Made by a program: the position numbers and the translations under genes. This document shows, one piece after another, positions 29,853 through 40,137 of a DNA stretch of 64,000 nt (positions within the stretch are counted from its first letter, which is position 1; each line of letters opens with the position of its first letter). The stretch lies in assembly GCA_024280895.1 (NCBI GenBank), contig JAJRPI010000056.1, positions 103,655 through 167,654 on the forward strand, in the 5' to 3' direction. The notes under the pieces were generated by a model, which searched no databases, was not told the origin of the DNA, and saw only the letters and a program-made list of their open reading frames with translations. The stretch is from Alphaproteobacteria bacterium (GTDB lineage Bacteria > Pseudomonadota > Alphaproteobacteria > Rhizobiales > JAKIUO01).

Positions 29853-30773
29853 CTATAAATTAAAAACCCTGGTTGGCTTCAACTCCCCGCGCTCGACAGT
29901 GCCGACTGCAATGAGTTCGCCTTGCAAGGTTGCATAGACTTCTCCGGTTATGATGGGGGCATTTGCACCGCGTAGCAGCACCGATTGCCCCTGTTTCAAT
30001 CGAAAGGCTTCATTTGCGTTTATGGCCAGCTCCGGGATGTCGTCCAGGGCGGTCTCCACGCAAAGCAATGTTGCAAGTAATACCTCTCGATCCGCGGCAC
30101 TATGGCTTAACTCACGTAGTTTATCCAGTGAAATCGACATGTCCTCGCCGAACTTGCCAACGCGGGTGCGGCGCAGTTCAACGACATGGCCAAAGCAGCC
30201 CAGTTTTTGTCCTAGATCGCGGGCAATAGCGCGTACATACGTGCCTTTTCCGCAATCGACCTGAAATTCACAATGATCGTCATCTGGCTGCATGGTGATC
30301 GACAAATCGTCGATACGCACAAGGCGTGAGGGCATGATCACATCCTCGCCTCGACGCGCCAGCTTATAGGCGCGCTCGCCCTTGATGTGAATGGCTGAAA
30401 AAGCAGGCGGTGTTTGCTCTATTTCGCCGATAAAACCGCTCAGCAGTGCCTCGATATCGGTTTTGGCAGGGCGCTGATCGCTCGACTTGATGACCTCGCC
30501 CTGCGCGTCATCGGTATTGGTCTGCTGCCCCCAGCGCACCATGAAGCGATAGCTCTTTTCGCCATCCATCACATAGGGCATGGTTTTGGTCGCCTCGCCA
30601 AACGCTACAGGCAGCACCCCGGTGGCCAGCGGATCAAGAGTGCCAGCATGGCCAGCCTTTTGCGCATCAAACACACGCTTCAATACATTAACGGCGCTGG
30701 TGGAGGTAATTTCGAGGGGTTTATCGAGAACCAGCCAGCCATGCACCGGCCGCCCCCGCTTGCGCCTTGCCAT
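29853..30773 (-). CDS. truB: tRNA pseudouridine(55) synthase
   Basis: 306-aa ORF with the catalytic motif GHAGTLDPLATGVL and conserved synteny rbfA-truB-rpsO. Confidence 0.95.
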   Translation of the reverse strand: MARRKRGRPVHGWLVLDKPLEITSTSAVNVLKRVFDAQKAGHAGTLDPLATGVLPVAFGEATKTMPYVMDGEKSYRFMVRWGQQTNTDDAQGEVIKSSDQRPAKTDIEALLSGFIGEIEQTPPAFSAIHIKGERAYKLARRGEDVIMPSRLVRIDDLSITMQPDDDHCEFQVDCGKGTYVRAIARDLGQKLGCFGHVVELRRTRVGKFGEDMSISLDKLRELSHSAADREVLLATLLCVETALDDIPELAINANEAFRLKQGQSVLLRGANAPIITGEVYATLQGELIAVGTVERGELKPTRVFNL

Positions 30774-31078
30774 GTTTTTTGTGTCTTTGTTCTATGATAG
30801 GGTGCCGAATGGCAGGAATGACGGGATTATGGGGTTCTGGGCGATCTGTCAATAGGGGATTTGTTAGCTGGTTTGTATTGGGGCGGGTTTTCAGTTTTCA
30901 TAATCGGGCGAGGTCATGATATTTGTTCGCTATCTGCACAGGATTTGCTGAATAGTGACATATGCTCTGCAAAACCGGGATCTAGAATAATGGTCATAGC
31001 GAAAGAGCGCTCGGACCATCTTCATGAATAGAGGGGGTAAGCCTTGACAGGTACGAGCATATTAAACAGGAGACGGTC

Positions 31079-31258
31079 GTGACAAAAGCCCTAAAGATGA
31101 CAGTAAAGATTGTAGCAGCGGTTATCGTATTGATTTTACTGGCTGGAATTTACAGGTTCAACTTCACAAATGATGATCTATATGTGCAAAATGCGCAGGG
31201 AATGTGGGTGAAAATGGATGAGGCAAAATCAGGAAAACCCGCCAAGGATAGCCGGTAG
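31079..31258 (+). CDS. Small hypothetical membrane protein (59 aa, below the ORF-track cutoff)
   Basis: A GTG at 31079 lies 5 nt after AGGAGA. The translation is VTKALKMTVKIVAAVIVLILLAGIYRFNFTNDDLYVQNAQGMWVKMDEAKSGKPAKDSR, with one clear TM helix. It is on the opposite strand to the surrounding superoperon. Confidence 0.4.
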   Translation: MTKALKMTVKIVAAVIVLILLAGIYRFNFTNDDLYVQNAQGMWVKMDEAKSGKPAKDSR

Positions 31259-31427
31259 GATTGGGGCCTGTCCGTTTTTTTGGCATCGCATGGGAACGAA
31301 GAGCTTGTCTCCTCATCCTGTTGAATCGAGGTGTGGGGATCAGCTCCTGCCGTCATGCGTGCAGATGCCAGCCTTGCAAAGAATAAATGGCCAGCGAGGA
31401 TATTTTCTTTTTTATCGTGCGGGGATC

Positions 31428-31829
31428 TCAATCCAGATCCTGCGCGACCTTGGGAGTGTCCAGCAGGTCGGTGATTTTTTCATATTCGTCATAGGAGACG
31501 TCGAGTTTGAATTTCAGCTCGGGCATATATTTGAGCGTTACCTTGTGGGCCAGCTCGCCGCGTATATAGCGGCAATGCCGGTTAAGGGCTTTGACGACCT
31601 CATCCCTGTTTTCACCGCCAAGCGGGGCAACAAAGGCTGTGACCTGGCGCAAATCAGGGGAGGTACGAACCTCTGAAACAGTGAGATTGACGCCAGACAG
31701 CACCTCATCATTGATCTCAATGCGCAATAGCAGTTCGGCCAGCGAATGGCGCAGGCTTTCTCCCACCCGCAGCTGGCGCTGGCTAGGGCCAACGCCATCG
31801 CGTCTATGGTTCTTTTTGCGCTCGGACAT
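31428..31829 (-). CDS. rbfA: Ribosome-binding factor A
   Basis: The ORF is 31428-31847. ATG at 31827-31829 (MSERKKNHRR) lies 8 nt after GGGAG. The conserved core is LRVGESLRHSLAELL...VSEVRTSPDLR. Confidence 0.9.
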   Translation of the reverse strand: MSERKKNHRRDGVGPSQRQLRVGESLRHSLAELLLRIEINDEVLSGVNLTVSEVRTSPDLRQVTAFVAPLGGENRDEVVKALNRHCRYIRGELAHKVTLKYMPELKFKLDVSYDEYEKITDLLDTPKVAQDLD

Positions 31830-31873
31830 AAGAAAACTCCCTTGCACCGGACCTTAAAGCAGGTCGTCAGCAG

Positions 31874-34477
31874 CTAGAGGCTCCGATCAATCATTTCGAC
31901 GGTGAAAGCCTCAATGACATCGCCGGGGCGCATGTCCTGATAGTTTTCAAAGGCCATGCCACATTCCTGGCCGCCTGCTACTTCCTTGACTTCATCCTTG
32001 AAGCGCTTGAGCGTTGATAGCTCGCCTTCGTGGATCACCACATTGTCTCTGATGAGGCGCACACCGGCTCCACGTTCCATTTTGCCATCTGTGACCCGGC
32101 AACCAGCGATTTTACCGACCTTGGTAATATTGAAGATCTCCAGGATCTCGGCATTGCCGATAAAGGTTTCGCGTCTTTCTGGTTTCAAGAGGCCGGACAT
32201 GGCGGCTTTGACGTCATCAACGAGGTCATAGATCACAGAGTAATAGCGGATCTCGATACCTTCTGCGCTGGACAATAGCTTGGCCTGGCTGTTGGCGCGA
32301 ACATTAAAGCCGACAATGATCGCGTTGGAGGCGGAGGCGAGCGTAATGTCGCTCTCATTGATGCCACCAACGGCTGAATGAACAATATTGGCGGTCACTT
32401 CATCTGTGCCAAGTTTATCAAGAGCGCCTTGAATAGCTTCGATAGAGCCCTGGACGTCGCCTTTGACGATGATCTTGAATTCTGATTTTTCAGCGTCGTT
32501 CAACTGCTCCATCATTTGCTCGAGAGATGTGCGGGCACCAGAGCCAGCACCGATCATATCGCGGCGTTTGCGTTCGCGATATTCGGTAATTTCACGGGCT
32601 CGTTGCTCATTTTCCACGACAGCAAACTGGTCCCCTGCATTGGGGGCGCTATTGAGGCCGAGCACTTCCACCGGCAAGGAGGGGCCAGCTTCCGCGATAT
32701 GGTCGCCTTGATCATTGACAAGGGCGCGGGCACGGCCCCAGCTTGGACCTGCAACAACAATATTGCCGACTTTAAGAGTGCCTCGTTGCACCAGCAAAGT
32801 GGCAACAGAACCGCGGCCACGTTCGAGTTGGGCCTCAATAACAAACCCTTCGGCCTTGCGTTCTGGATTGGCTTTGAGTTCAAGGATTTCCGCCTGGTTC
32901 AAGATGGCTTCAAGCAGGCCATCGAGATTGGTTTGTTTGATCGCCGATACCTCGACTTCGAGCACGTCCCCGCCCATGCTTTCAACAACGATCTCGTGTT
33001 GCAGCAAGTCGGTGCGGACCCGGTTAGGATCAGCTTCGGGCAAATCAATTTTATTGATCGCCACAATGATTGGTACTTCGGCGGCCTTGGCGTGATTGAT
33101 CGCTTCAATGGTCTGGGGCATGACGCCATCATTGGCAGCCACCACCAGCACGACAATATCGGTCACTTTGGCACCGCGAGCACGCATTTCAGTAAAGGCA
33201 GCATGGCCTGGGGTATCGATAAAGGTAATTTTGCCTTTATCTCCCTTGTCGACCTGATAGGCACCAATATGCTGGGTAATACCGCCAGCTTCTCCCGAAA
33301 CCACATTGGCCTCGCGAATAGCATCAAGCAGGGAGGTTTTACCGTGGTCCACATGGCCCATGATTGTCACAACAGGGGCGCGATGGAGCAGATCTTGGAG
33401 ATCGTCTTCTACGCCAATAAATCCTTCTTCAACATCGGATTCTGAAACCCTTTTGACCGTATGGCCAAATTCTTCGGCGATCAGCTCGGCCGTATCAGTG
33501 TCGATGACATCGGCGGCCGCCTGCATTTGGCCTTGTTTCATCAAGAATTTGATGACATCGACCGAGCGTTCGGTCATGCGGTTGGCAAGTTCTTGAATAG
33601 TGATGGTATCTGGCAGGATCACCTCGCGGGAGATTTTCTCTGCCGGGCCACTTGATGCAGCTGCGCGTCTTTGTTTTTGTTGGCGGCGCTTCAAGGAGGC
33701 AAGCGATCTCTGACGACCACCCTCATCAAGGGCGTTCTGGATGGTCAGCTTGCGCGAACGTCCGCGATTGTCGGTTTTGCTTCTGCTTGGCGAGGGTGTT
33801 TCAAGTTTGGGGCGGCGGTCTCGCAGATTGTCTTTACCTTGGGGAGCCGTCTTCGCCTTAGTGTATTCACCACGTTTTTCGGCTTGGGCTTCCGCGCTCG
33901 CCTGATCAACTTTAGGAGGCCTTAGGGTCGTTGGTTTTTTAGCAACTACGCTTGGCTTGGCCGGTTCAGCTTTTTCAACCTTGGGTTTGGCGGCTTCGAT
34001 TACGGCTTGTTTCTCGCGCTCGATTACGTCCAGTTTTTCCTGTTCGGCACGTGCAGCGTCATCTTTGATTTTTTGTGCCGCTTCCACAACGTCGCGTTCT
34101 CGCGCCATCTGCAGTGCGCGTGTTCTTGCATCCATTTCCGCATTGGAGAGTAGTTTGTCCGAAGCTCCGGCCGAAGATTTTCTGGGCCGGGCATTGCCTG
34201 AACCAGGCCTGCCACGTTTGGCGACAACCGGTCTGGGTGTCTCAACCTTTGGCGGTGCGCTGACGGGGGCAATCACGGGTTTTGCGACGGCAGGTGCTTT
34301 GGCACCGGGACGTGTTAGCACCCGTTTCTTTTTCTTTTCGACGACGACCGTTTTCTTGCGCCCTTGCGAGAAACTCTGTTGCACATGACCCGCATCGACC
34401 GTCTTTTCCAATTTGAGGGTCATGGTGCGAGAGCCACGAATGGTCTTGCCTTCATCAGTATCTTTATTGTCGCTCAT
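31874..34477 (-). CDS. infB: Translation initiation factor IF-2
   Basis: The ORF is 31874-34516. The alphaproteobacterial-type N-terminus [11 protein letters not shown] starts at 34477. G-domain motifs are [17 protein letters not shown] and NKID. Confidence 0.95.
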   Translation of the reverse strand: MSDNKDTDEGKTIRGSRTMTLKLEKTVDAGHVQQSFSQGRKKTVVVEKKKKRVLTRPGAKAPAVAKPVIAPVSAPPKVETPRPVVAKRGRPGSGNARPRKSSAGASDKLLSNAEMDARTRALQMARERDVVEAAQKIKDDAARAEQEKLDVIEREKQAVIEAAKPKVEKAEPAKPSVVAKKPTTLRPPKVDQASAEAQAEKRGEYTKAKTAPQGKDNLRDRRPKLETPSPSRSKTDNRGRSRKLTIQNALDEGGRQRSLASLKRRQQKQRRAAASSGPAEKISREVILPDTITIQELANRMTERSVDVIKFLMKQGQMQAAADVIDTDTAELIAEEFGHTVKRVSESDVEEGFIGVEDDLQDLLHRAPVVTIMGHVDHGKTSLLDAIREANVVSGEAGGITQHIGAYQVDKGDKGKITFIDTPGHAAFTEMRARGAKVTDIVVLVVAANDGVMPQTIEAINHAKAAEVPIIVAINKIDLPEADPNRVRTDLLQHEIVVESMGGDVLEVEVSAIKQTNLDGLLEAILNQAEILELKANPERKAEGFVIEAQLERGRGSVATLLVQRGTLKVGNIVVAGPSWGRARALVNDQGDHIAEAGPSLPVEVLGLNSAPNAGDQFAVVENEQRAREITEYRERKRRDMIGAGSGARTSLEQMMEQLNDAEKSEFKIIVKGDVQGSIEAIQGALDKLGTDEVTANIVHSAVGGINESDITLASASNAIIVGFNVRANSQAKLLSSAEGIEIRYYSVIYDLVDDVKAAMSGLLKPERRETFIGNAEILEIFNITKVGKIAGCRVTDGKMERGAGVRLIRDNVVIHEGELSTLKRFKDEVKEVAGGQECGMAFENYQDMRPGDVIEAFTVEMIDRSL

Positions 34478-34567
34478 CCAGTAATAGGCCCGCAGGCCCT
34501 CCTTATCATACATCAAATCAATTCATGACCCGCTCCTGATTGTTGCGTCGAGCCTCATATTTCAGTT

Positions 34568-35305
34568 TCATAACAGGCTGTTATCTTTATCGATCCCATC
34601 CTGTTGGCGCGTATTAAAAGCGCCGCATTTTTGGTGCGCAAACGTAAAGCGCTTTGCCATCTCACCTCGTTTGAGACCTATGTGTATCACATTAGATCGT
34701 CCGAGTGCCAAACTCAATTCATCACCGGTAAACAATGCACTTAGTATACCAGTGATGTTTTTATGATCAATCGGATCACCCGTTTCAGGAGTGTTCCTTG
34801 AAATGAGATCATCCTCGTCGTCTCGTTCTTCTTTGGGCGGGTCAAAATACCTGTCCAGCTTGTCAGATCCGTTGCGCGAGGCCTCCATTGCATGCAAAAG
34901 CCACTTTACGTCGCCTTTGGCAAGTGCTCTTTTGATCTTTTCATATCCCGTTATCACATGACCTGCCTTGTTGGCCAGTGAAAGGGTATGTAGAGCATCA
35001 ATTCTCGTCAGCTTTTCTATCATATCAACAAGATCGTCGCTGACGAGTGCTTTTTCGCGAAACCCGCGCGCAAAACTGTTTTTCTTTATTGCCTCAGCAA
35101 TAGTTGCTCGGTCCGCTTTTAGCCAAAGTCCCCGCCCGGGCAGCTTGCAACGCAGATCCGGGGTGACCATTTTTTGCGGTGATAGAACGAAACGCAAAAG
35201 CTCTTCAGCCGGCAGCTTCTCTCTGGTCAGAGCGCATTGGCGAAGGGGCGATGGTTTGTCTTTTTTGCGCCTGCTGGTCCGTATTTTGGCCTTTGTGCCT
35301 ATAAT
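34568..35305 (-). CDS. YlxR/DUF448-type RNA-binding protein fused to an L7Ae-like domain; the start codon is probably non-canonical
   Basis: The track ORF 34568-35197 starts at a TTG inside the conserved domain. The in-frame upstream sequence encodes the hallmark RQCALTREKLPAEELLRF but has no ATG, GTG or TTG before the stop at 35324-35326. ATT (35303-35305) lies 5 nt after AAGGAG (35311-35316). The GRG motif is KLPGRGLWL. Confidence 0.6.
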   Translation of the reverse strand: MIGTKAKIRTSRRKKDKPSPLRQCALTREKLPAEELLRFVLSPQKMVTPDLRCKLPGRGLWLKADRATIAEAIKKNSFARGFREKALVSDDLVDMIEKLTRIDALHTLSLANKAGHVITGYEKIKRALAKGDVKWLLHAMEASRNGSDKLDRYFDPPKEERDDEDDLISRNTPETGDPIDHKNITGILSALFTGDELSLALGRSNVIHIGLKRGEMAKRFTFAHQKCGAFNTRQQDGIDKDNSLL

Positions 35306-35337
35306 AAAAGCTCCTTGTAAAATTCAATATTGAGAGA

Positions 35338-37008
35338 TCAGGTTTTAAAGACGCTGGCTTCGGTAGGTTCCGCTGGCTTGATGACGGCAGGAGCTACCTC
35401 TTCGCTGGCTTCTTCTTCTTCAACAGGTGGGTTGATAATCGCATCAAAGTCTTCTTGCGAGATGATCTCCGCTTTTAGTCTGGCCGTCATGACCATCAGC
35501 TCTGCAGCATTGCGGTCGATTTTGAATCCATTGAAAAAGCCTTCAAAATGCTTTCTCTCGCCATCGACCTTTTCGTACCAGCCTGTGAGATCATCTGTGG
35601 CGCAATAAGCGAAGTCTTTCATGTTGAACACGTCGTTTTCACCAAGCACAATCATCATGGGCAAGGTCATGCCATCCAGGCTGCGTAATTCCACATCGAC
35701 GCCCAGTTTCTTGCAGCGCTCCAGTTGATCGACTTCTTGTTGTTGCAAATAGTCTTTGGCACGGCCCTGGATTTCAGCGGCGGTATCTTCGTCAAAGCCC
35801 TCGATGGCCATAACTTCGGTCGCCTCTACATAGGCGACTTCTTCCACTGAGGTAAACCCTTCGGTGACCAGCAGCTGGGCGATGACCTCATCGACATTGA
35901 GGGTTTCCATGAAGCTGTTGGAGCGTTGTTCAAATTCGGCTTGGCGGCGCTCTGATTCTTCTTTTTCGGTGAGGATATCGATATCCCAGCCGGTCAGCTG
36001 CGAAGCCAGACGGACATTTTGGCCGCGCCGTCCAATGGCCAGAGACAATTGCTCATCAGGAACCACAACCTCGATGCGCGAGACTTCTTCATCGAGCACC
36101 ACCTTGGCGACCTCTGCGGGGGCCAGGGCATTGACGATAAAGGCGGCGGCATCGGGGGACCATTGAATGATATCGATTTTTTCGCCATGCAGCTCATTGA
36201 CAACCGCTTGCACACGCGATCCGCGCAGGCCCACACAGGCACCAACTGGATCGACAGAGCTGTCATTGGAGATAACGGCAATCTTGGCGCGCGATCCGGC
36301 ATCCCTTGCCACTGAGCGGATTTCGACAATGCCGTCATAGATTTCGGGTACTTCTTGCGCGAACAGTTTCGCCATGAATTCTGGTTTGGTGCGCGATAGA
36401 AAAATCTGCGGGCCACGCGCTTCCTGACGCACATCATGGATATAGGCGCGGATGCGGTCGCGGATCTGGAACATTTCGCGCGGGATACTCTCATTGCGGC
36501 GCATAATCGCTTCGGCGCGACCAAGATCGACAACCACATTGCCATATTCAGCGCGTTTGACAACACCCGAAATCACTTCACCAATACGGTCTTTATAATC
36601 GTGATATTGGCGCTCGCGCTCTGCTTCGCGTACTTTTTGCACGATCACCTGTTTGGCATTTTGAGCGGACACGCGGCCATAATCAAACGGCGGCAACAGA
36701 TCAATGATCTCGCCGCCGATCTCGATATCTTTTTCGAGTTCCTGGGCCTGTTTGAGGGTCATTTGCGTATGTTCGTTTTCAACTTCCTCGACGACGGTCA
36801 TGACGCGGGTGAGTTCAGTTTCCCCGGTTTTGATGTCGATCTTGGCGCGGATGTCGTTTTCGCTGCCATAGCGCGACTTGGCGGCTTTTTGCACGGCTTC
36901 TTCCATCGCCTCGATGACGATCATGCGGTCGATATCCTTTTCACGGGCCACCGCGTCGGCAATCTGCAGCAATTCAAGTTTATTCGCACTAACACCGGGT
37001 TGCGCCAT
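35338..37008 (-). CDS. nusA: Transcription termination/antitermination factor NusA
   Basis: 556-aa ORF with N-terminal S1 and two KH regions plus a C-terminal acidic repeat region, in rimP-nusA-infB synteny. Confidence 0.96.
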   Translation of the reverse strand: MAQPGVSANKLELLQIADAVAREKDIDRMIVIEAMEEAVQKAAKSRYGSENDIRAKIDIKTGETELTRVMTVVEEVENEHTQMTLKQAQELEKDIEIGGEIIDLLPPFDYGRVSAQNAKQVIVQKVREAERERQYHDYKDRIGEVISGVVKRAEYGNVVVDLGRAEAIMRRNESIPREMFQIRDRIRAYIHDVRQEARGPQIFLSRTKPEFMAKLFAQEVPEIYDGIVEIRSVARDAGSRAKIAVISNDSSVDPVGACVGLRGSRVQAVVNELHGEKIDIIQWSPDAAAFIVNALAPAEVAKVVLDEEVSRIEVVVPDEQLSLAIGRRGQNVRLASQLTGWDIDILTEKEESERRQAEFEQRSNSFMETLNVDEVIAQLLVTEGFTSVEEVAYVEATEVMAIEGFDEDTAAEIQGRAKDYLQQQEVDQLERCKKLGVDVELRSLDGMTLPMMIVLGENDVFNMKDFAYCATDDLTGWYEKVDGERKHFEGFFNGFKIDRNAAELMVMTARLKAEIISQEDFDAIINPPVEEEEASEEVAPAVIKPAEPTEASVFKT

Positions 37009-37151
37009 GGTGGCTCTCCATTTTTATGCCCTGTTGCCGAGCGGCTCGTTGAGGGCGTTATTTTATGCCCAATCGCCTTGCGGCTGCTTGAGGGCTGTTC
37101 TGAAACTATTTTGACGCGATTGACCAAAAACCGTCTGGTCAAACGCTTGGG

Positions 37152-37739
37152 CTATTCGTCTTTCAAATCCGTATCGGTACTTTGTGCTGATTTTCCGGCC
37201 ATTGCCGCCTTGATCAATTCATCGGTCAACACCAGTTTGGCATCTTCAATCAGTTGCGGGGCAAACCCCAGGATCTGATCGGTTTTTTGCTCGCCAACAG
37301 GGGCGCGCAGCAGCACTTCATTATCTTCATAGCCTTCAATGATGCCGCGAAAGCGCTTTTGGCCATCAATAGGCTGGTTGACTTTTATCTTGGCTTCATA
37401 GCCGATCCATTTCTCAAAATCCGACGGGCGCACCAGTGGGCGATCAATACCGGGACTTGAGACTTCAAGAAAATACCGGTCGCTGATCAGGTCATGGGCA
37501 TCCAGCAGGGGCGATAGATCACGGCTGATCTTGGTCAATTGATTGACATCAATATGTCCATCGGGGCGCTCTGCCATCACCTGCAGCGTGCCGCCATCGC
37601 GATTGGAAACCAGCACGCGCACTAGCCGATAGCCAAGGGCTTCAATCACCGGCTCGGCGAGAGCAGCAATATTACCCGCCACACCCGTTTCAACAACAAA
37701 ACGGCGTTCTTTTTCGAGATCGGTCTGCTCGCTCGTCAA
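37152..37739 (-). CDS. rimP: Ribosome maturation factor RimP
   Basis: 195-aa ORF with a TTG start, containing FLEVSSPGIDRPL, directly upstream of nusA. Confidence 0.9.
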   Translation of the reverse strand: MTSEQTDLEKERRFVVETGVAGNIAALAEPVIEALGYRLVRVLVSNRDGGTLQVMAERPDGHIDVNQLTKISRDLSPLLDAHDLISDRYFLEVSSPGIDRPLVRPSDFEKWIGYEAKIKVNQPIDGQKRFRGIIEGYEDNEVLLRAPVGEQKTDQILGFAPQLIEDAKLVLTDELIKAAMAGKSAQSTDTDLKDE

Positions 37740-38004
37740 AAGGCTTTTCCTTCAGGTTTTGTTCACCCCGAAAACAAAAAAAGAGCGGACCTCCCGAGCG
37801 CTAGCCCCTGAAGTCCACTCCATCAAAGACATCCGTCTTATTCAGGAATGATCGTGTATGATCTGTATATAGGAGTTGGTGGGGGGGATGCAAGGAAGAA
37901 CTTTGATTGCGGGGATTATGGTGAGCGAAGTCCAAAGGGGGCCGAAATAGCAGCAAGCATGACAGGCTGTTATTTCGGCTATCTCTGGGCTATGGGAGTT
38001 TGTT

Positions 38005-38352
38005 CTACTGTTTGAAATCCATTCCTCGCCGACACGGAATGGCATGGAATATACAGCTTTTCAAGCGGTTGACAGTCGAACAGTGCATGTTTTTCCGGGA
38101 AGCAATTTGCCAATGACTAAACTTTCTGCCAGCACGATTTGCCACCAGCCCCCGCCAAAGGCCTCGCGCATTTCTACGCGCCTGAGCTATGGTCTTTGCC
38201 TTAGCTCCCTTGGCTCTGACCAGATAGTTTTTGCAGGTTTTTGGTGTTAAATGTCTCGACGGACCGTTCAGTGTTACGGCTTGCGCTTGAGAAATGAATA
38301 GAACGCCGCAAGCAACAGTGACAATGGATTGGATAGTTTTGATATAAGACAT
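38005..38352 (-). CDS. Small secreted basic 4-Cys protein (one module of a family shared with 58911-59492)
   Basis: 115-aa ORF with the signal peptide MSYIKTIQSIVTVACGVLFISQAQA. The module has the form C-x(~49)-C-x9-C-x6-C, with AQARRNARGLW and a terminal PCR. Confidence 0.6.
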   Translation of the reverse strand: MSYIKTIQSIVTVACGVLFISQAQAVTLNGPSRHLTPKTCKNYLVRAKGAKAKTIAQARRNARGLWRGLVANRAGRKFSHWQIASRKNMHCSTVNRLKSCIFHAIPCRRGMDFKQ

Positions 38353-38385
38353 GTTTTTCTCTCTTTTTTCTGAGGATTGCCCGGT

Positions 38386-38724
38386 CTACCAGCCCGCTTT
38401 GACAAAGCAGTCAGGGACGGCTTCCTGGCAGGCGATCGATTTTGCATAGGCTTTGGAGTAGGGACCCTCCATGACAATCCAGTAGCCTTTTTTCATATTG
38501 GGATATCTGTTCGTGCGGTCGATAAAGGTGTCACCAAACATCTTGTTGCGTTTGCGGGCCATTTTCTTGCTTTTGAAGGTGCCAACGACCACGAAATATT
38601 TCGCGCCGCCTGGGCCGCCAATATAGGTCGGCGGGCTGCCAGCGGAAGAGGGCGCGCTGGTCAAGGGCAAGGCGGTGAGGATGATAGACGCGGCTATCAA
38701 GATTTTTGCTGATTTCTCAAGCAT
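38386..38724 (-). CDS. Small secreted protein, weakly SPOR-like
   Basis: 112-aa ORF with a signal peptide. YFVVVGTFKSKKMA....GYWIVMEGPYSKAYAKS resembles the SPOR beta-alpha-beta pattern. The functional call is tentative. Confidence 0.5.
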   Translation of the reverse strand: MLEKSAKILIAASIILTALPLTSAPSSAGSPPTYIGGPGGAKYFVVVGTFKSKKMARKRNKMFGDTFIDRTNRYPNMKKGYWIVMEGPYSKAYAKSIACQEAVPDCFVKAGW

Positions 38725-38921
38725 TGATGATCTCGCTTTTTGTGCTGGTTTTTGGTTCTATTTTCGTTGCGGGCCTGTCTAACAGGTGGCACCGGTAAGC
38801 ACGAAAAATGCAATTCGTTGCACGGTTTAGACGTTGCTAGCCTGCCGTGCTGTATCGCTGTATTTGATGCGATGTATTTTAGCATGGCAGGTTTTTTTCT
38901 TTCGTGATGTTTGATCGCAGA

Positions 38922-39098
38922 TTAATCGTCACTTGTGTCCCAAGAGCCGCTGCCACCGCCACTTGGGGTATCAATCTCGACTGAGCCTTCATCGATACCA
39001 ATATAGATATCTCCCACATCGAGATCCAGCTGCCAGGCGTTGGCGGCTGAAATAGATAGAATCGTTATGGCGGCAATTGTTGCAATCATTTTTTTCAT
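38922..39098 (-). CDS. Small secreted acidic protein (58 aa, below the ORF-track cutoff)
   Basis: An ATG at 39096-39098 lies 6 nt after GGGAG. The translation is MKKMIATIAAITILSISAANAWQLDLDVGDIYIGIDEGSVEIDTPSGGGSGSWDTSDD. Confidence 0.45.
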   Translation of the reverse strand: MKKMIATIAAITILSISAANAWQLDLDVGDIYIGIDEGSVEIDTPSGGGSGSWDTSDD

Positions 39099-39238
39099 AA
39101 TTCACTCCCGATCAATTTGATATTCTGGTTCAGTTATGCGGCACACACAGTTAGTAGTGGTGACTTGCAAAAAGGTTCAAATATAAATGAAGGTCGTGTT
39201 TTTTTAAGCGCGCATGGCGCTGAGCGGCGGGGTGTGGG

Positions 39239-39973
39239 CTACACTTTTACAAACCGCAAATGGGCTGGTGGGCGTCCCTCGCGCAGGGCCTTTTGGCCAT
39301 AGCGGGTGGCGGGCCAATCAACGGGGCGGGTGCGCCAGTCATTGGCACATTGAGCCGTCCAGACAAAGTCAGTGCGCATCGCCATATGTTTTAATGTCCA
39401 GGCGACATAATGGGGGATGTCGCTGGCAAAGCGCAGCTCGCAGCCGGGTTTTAACACCTTGGCCAGCAGGTCGAGGTTGCGTTGATTGATAAAGCGGCGC
39501 TTGTGATGGCGCTTTTTCGGCCAGGGATCTGGGTGGAGGAGGAACAGGCGGTCAATGCTTTGGGGGGCTAGAGCTTCCAGTATTTCTACGGCATCATCGT
39601 CATGGATGCGCACATTGCTCAAGCTTTGTTCGTCAATGGCCACCAGTAATTTGGCAGTGCCATTAAGGAATGGTTCGCAGCCAACGAGGCCGATGTCTGG
39701 GTTTTGCGCGGCCTGCCAGGCCAAATGCTCGCCGCCGCCAAAGCCGATCTCCAGCCAGGTTTTTGCAGGCTTGGACGCGAATAAATCGCAAGGAGCAAGA
39801 GTGTTTTCTCGTTCAGGTATGGACACGCGAAGCTGGGGCAACAGCTCATCGCATAGGTTTTGCTTGCGAGGGCTGAGCTTGCCACCCTTGGTGCGGCCAT
39901 GGACGTGGCGTCTGCGGGGGGTGTTTTTAATGGTCATAGACGAACAATCCGTGCGAATGACCGGTTTTCCCAA
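39239..39973 (-). CDS. trmB: tRNA (guanine46-N7)-methyltransferase
   Basis: 244-aa ORF with the SAM-binding motif LEIGFGGGEHL and HPDPWPKKRHHKRR. It has a TTG start in the track; ATG at 39937 (MTIKNTPRRR) is an alternative. Confidence 0.9.
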   Translation of the reverse strand: MGKPVIRTDCSSMTIKNTPRRRHVHGRTKGGKLSPRKQNLCDELLPQLRVSIPERENTLAPCDLFASKPAKTWLEIGFGGGEHLAWQAAQNPDIGLVGCEPFLNGTAKLLVAIDEQSLSNVRIHDDDAVEILEALAPQSIDRLFLLHPDPWPKKRHHKRRFINQRNLDLLAKVLKPGCELRFASDIPHYVAWTLKHMAMRTDFVWTAQCANDWRTRPVDWPATRYGQKALREGRPPAHLRFVKV

Positions 39974-39997
39974 GGGTAAACAAAGGAAATCGATTTT

Positions 39998-40086
39998 GTA
40001 GGGTGCAATTTATTGCACCGTTACGACCAATCTGCGAGCACGATGCAAGAGGTTAGGCCAAATCGGTGCAATAAATTGCACCCTAC
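39998..40086. repeat. Perfect 23-bp inverted repeat whose arms are each an 18-bp palindrome
   Basis: The arm gtagggtgcaatttattgcaccg (39998-40020) is matched by cggtgcaataaattgcaccctac (40064-40086). Each contains GGTGCAAT-(TT/AA)-ATTGCACC. The centres are about 65 bp apart, between the metK stop and the trmB start. Confidence 0.85.
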
Positions 40087-40137
40087 ATTTGGTCATGATG
40101 CGATATTGGCTCCTACGGAAAAACGAGGGTGACTGAC

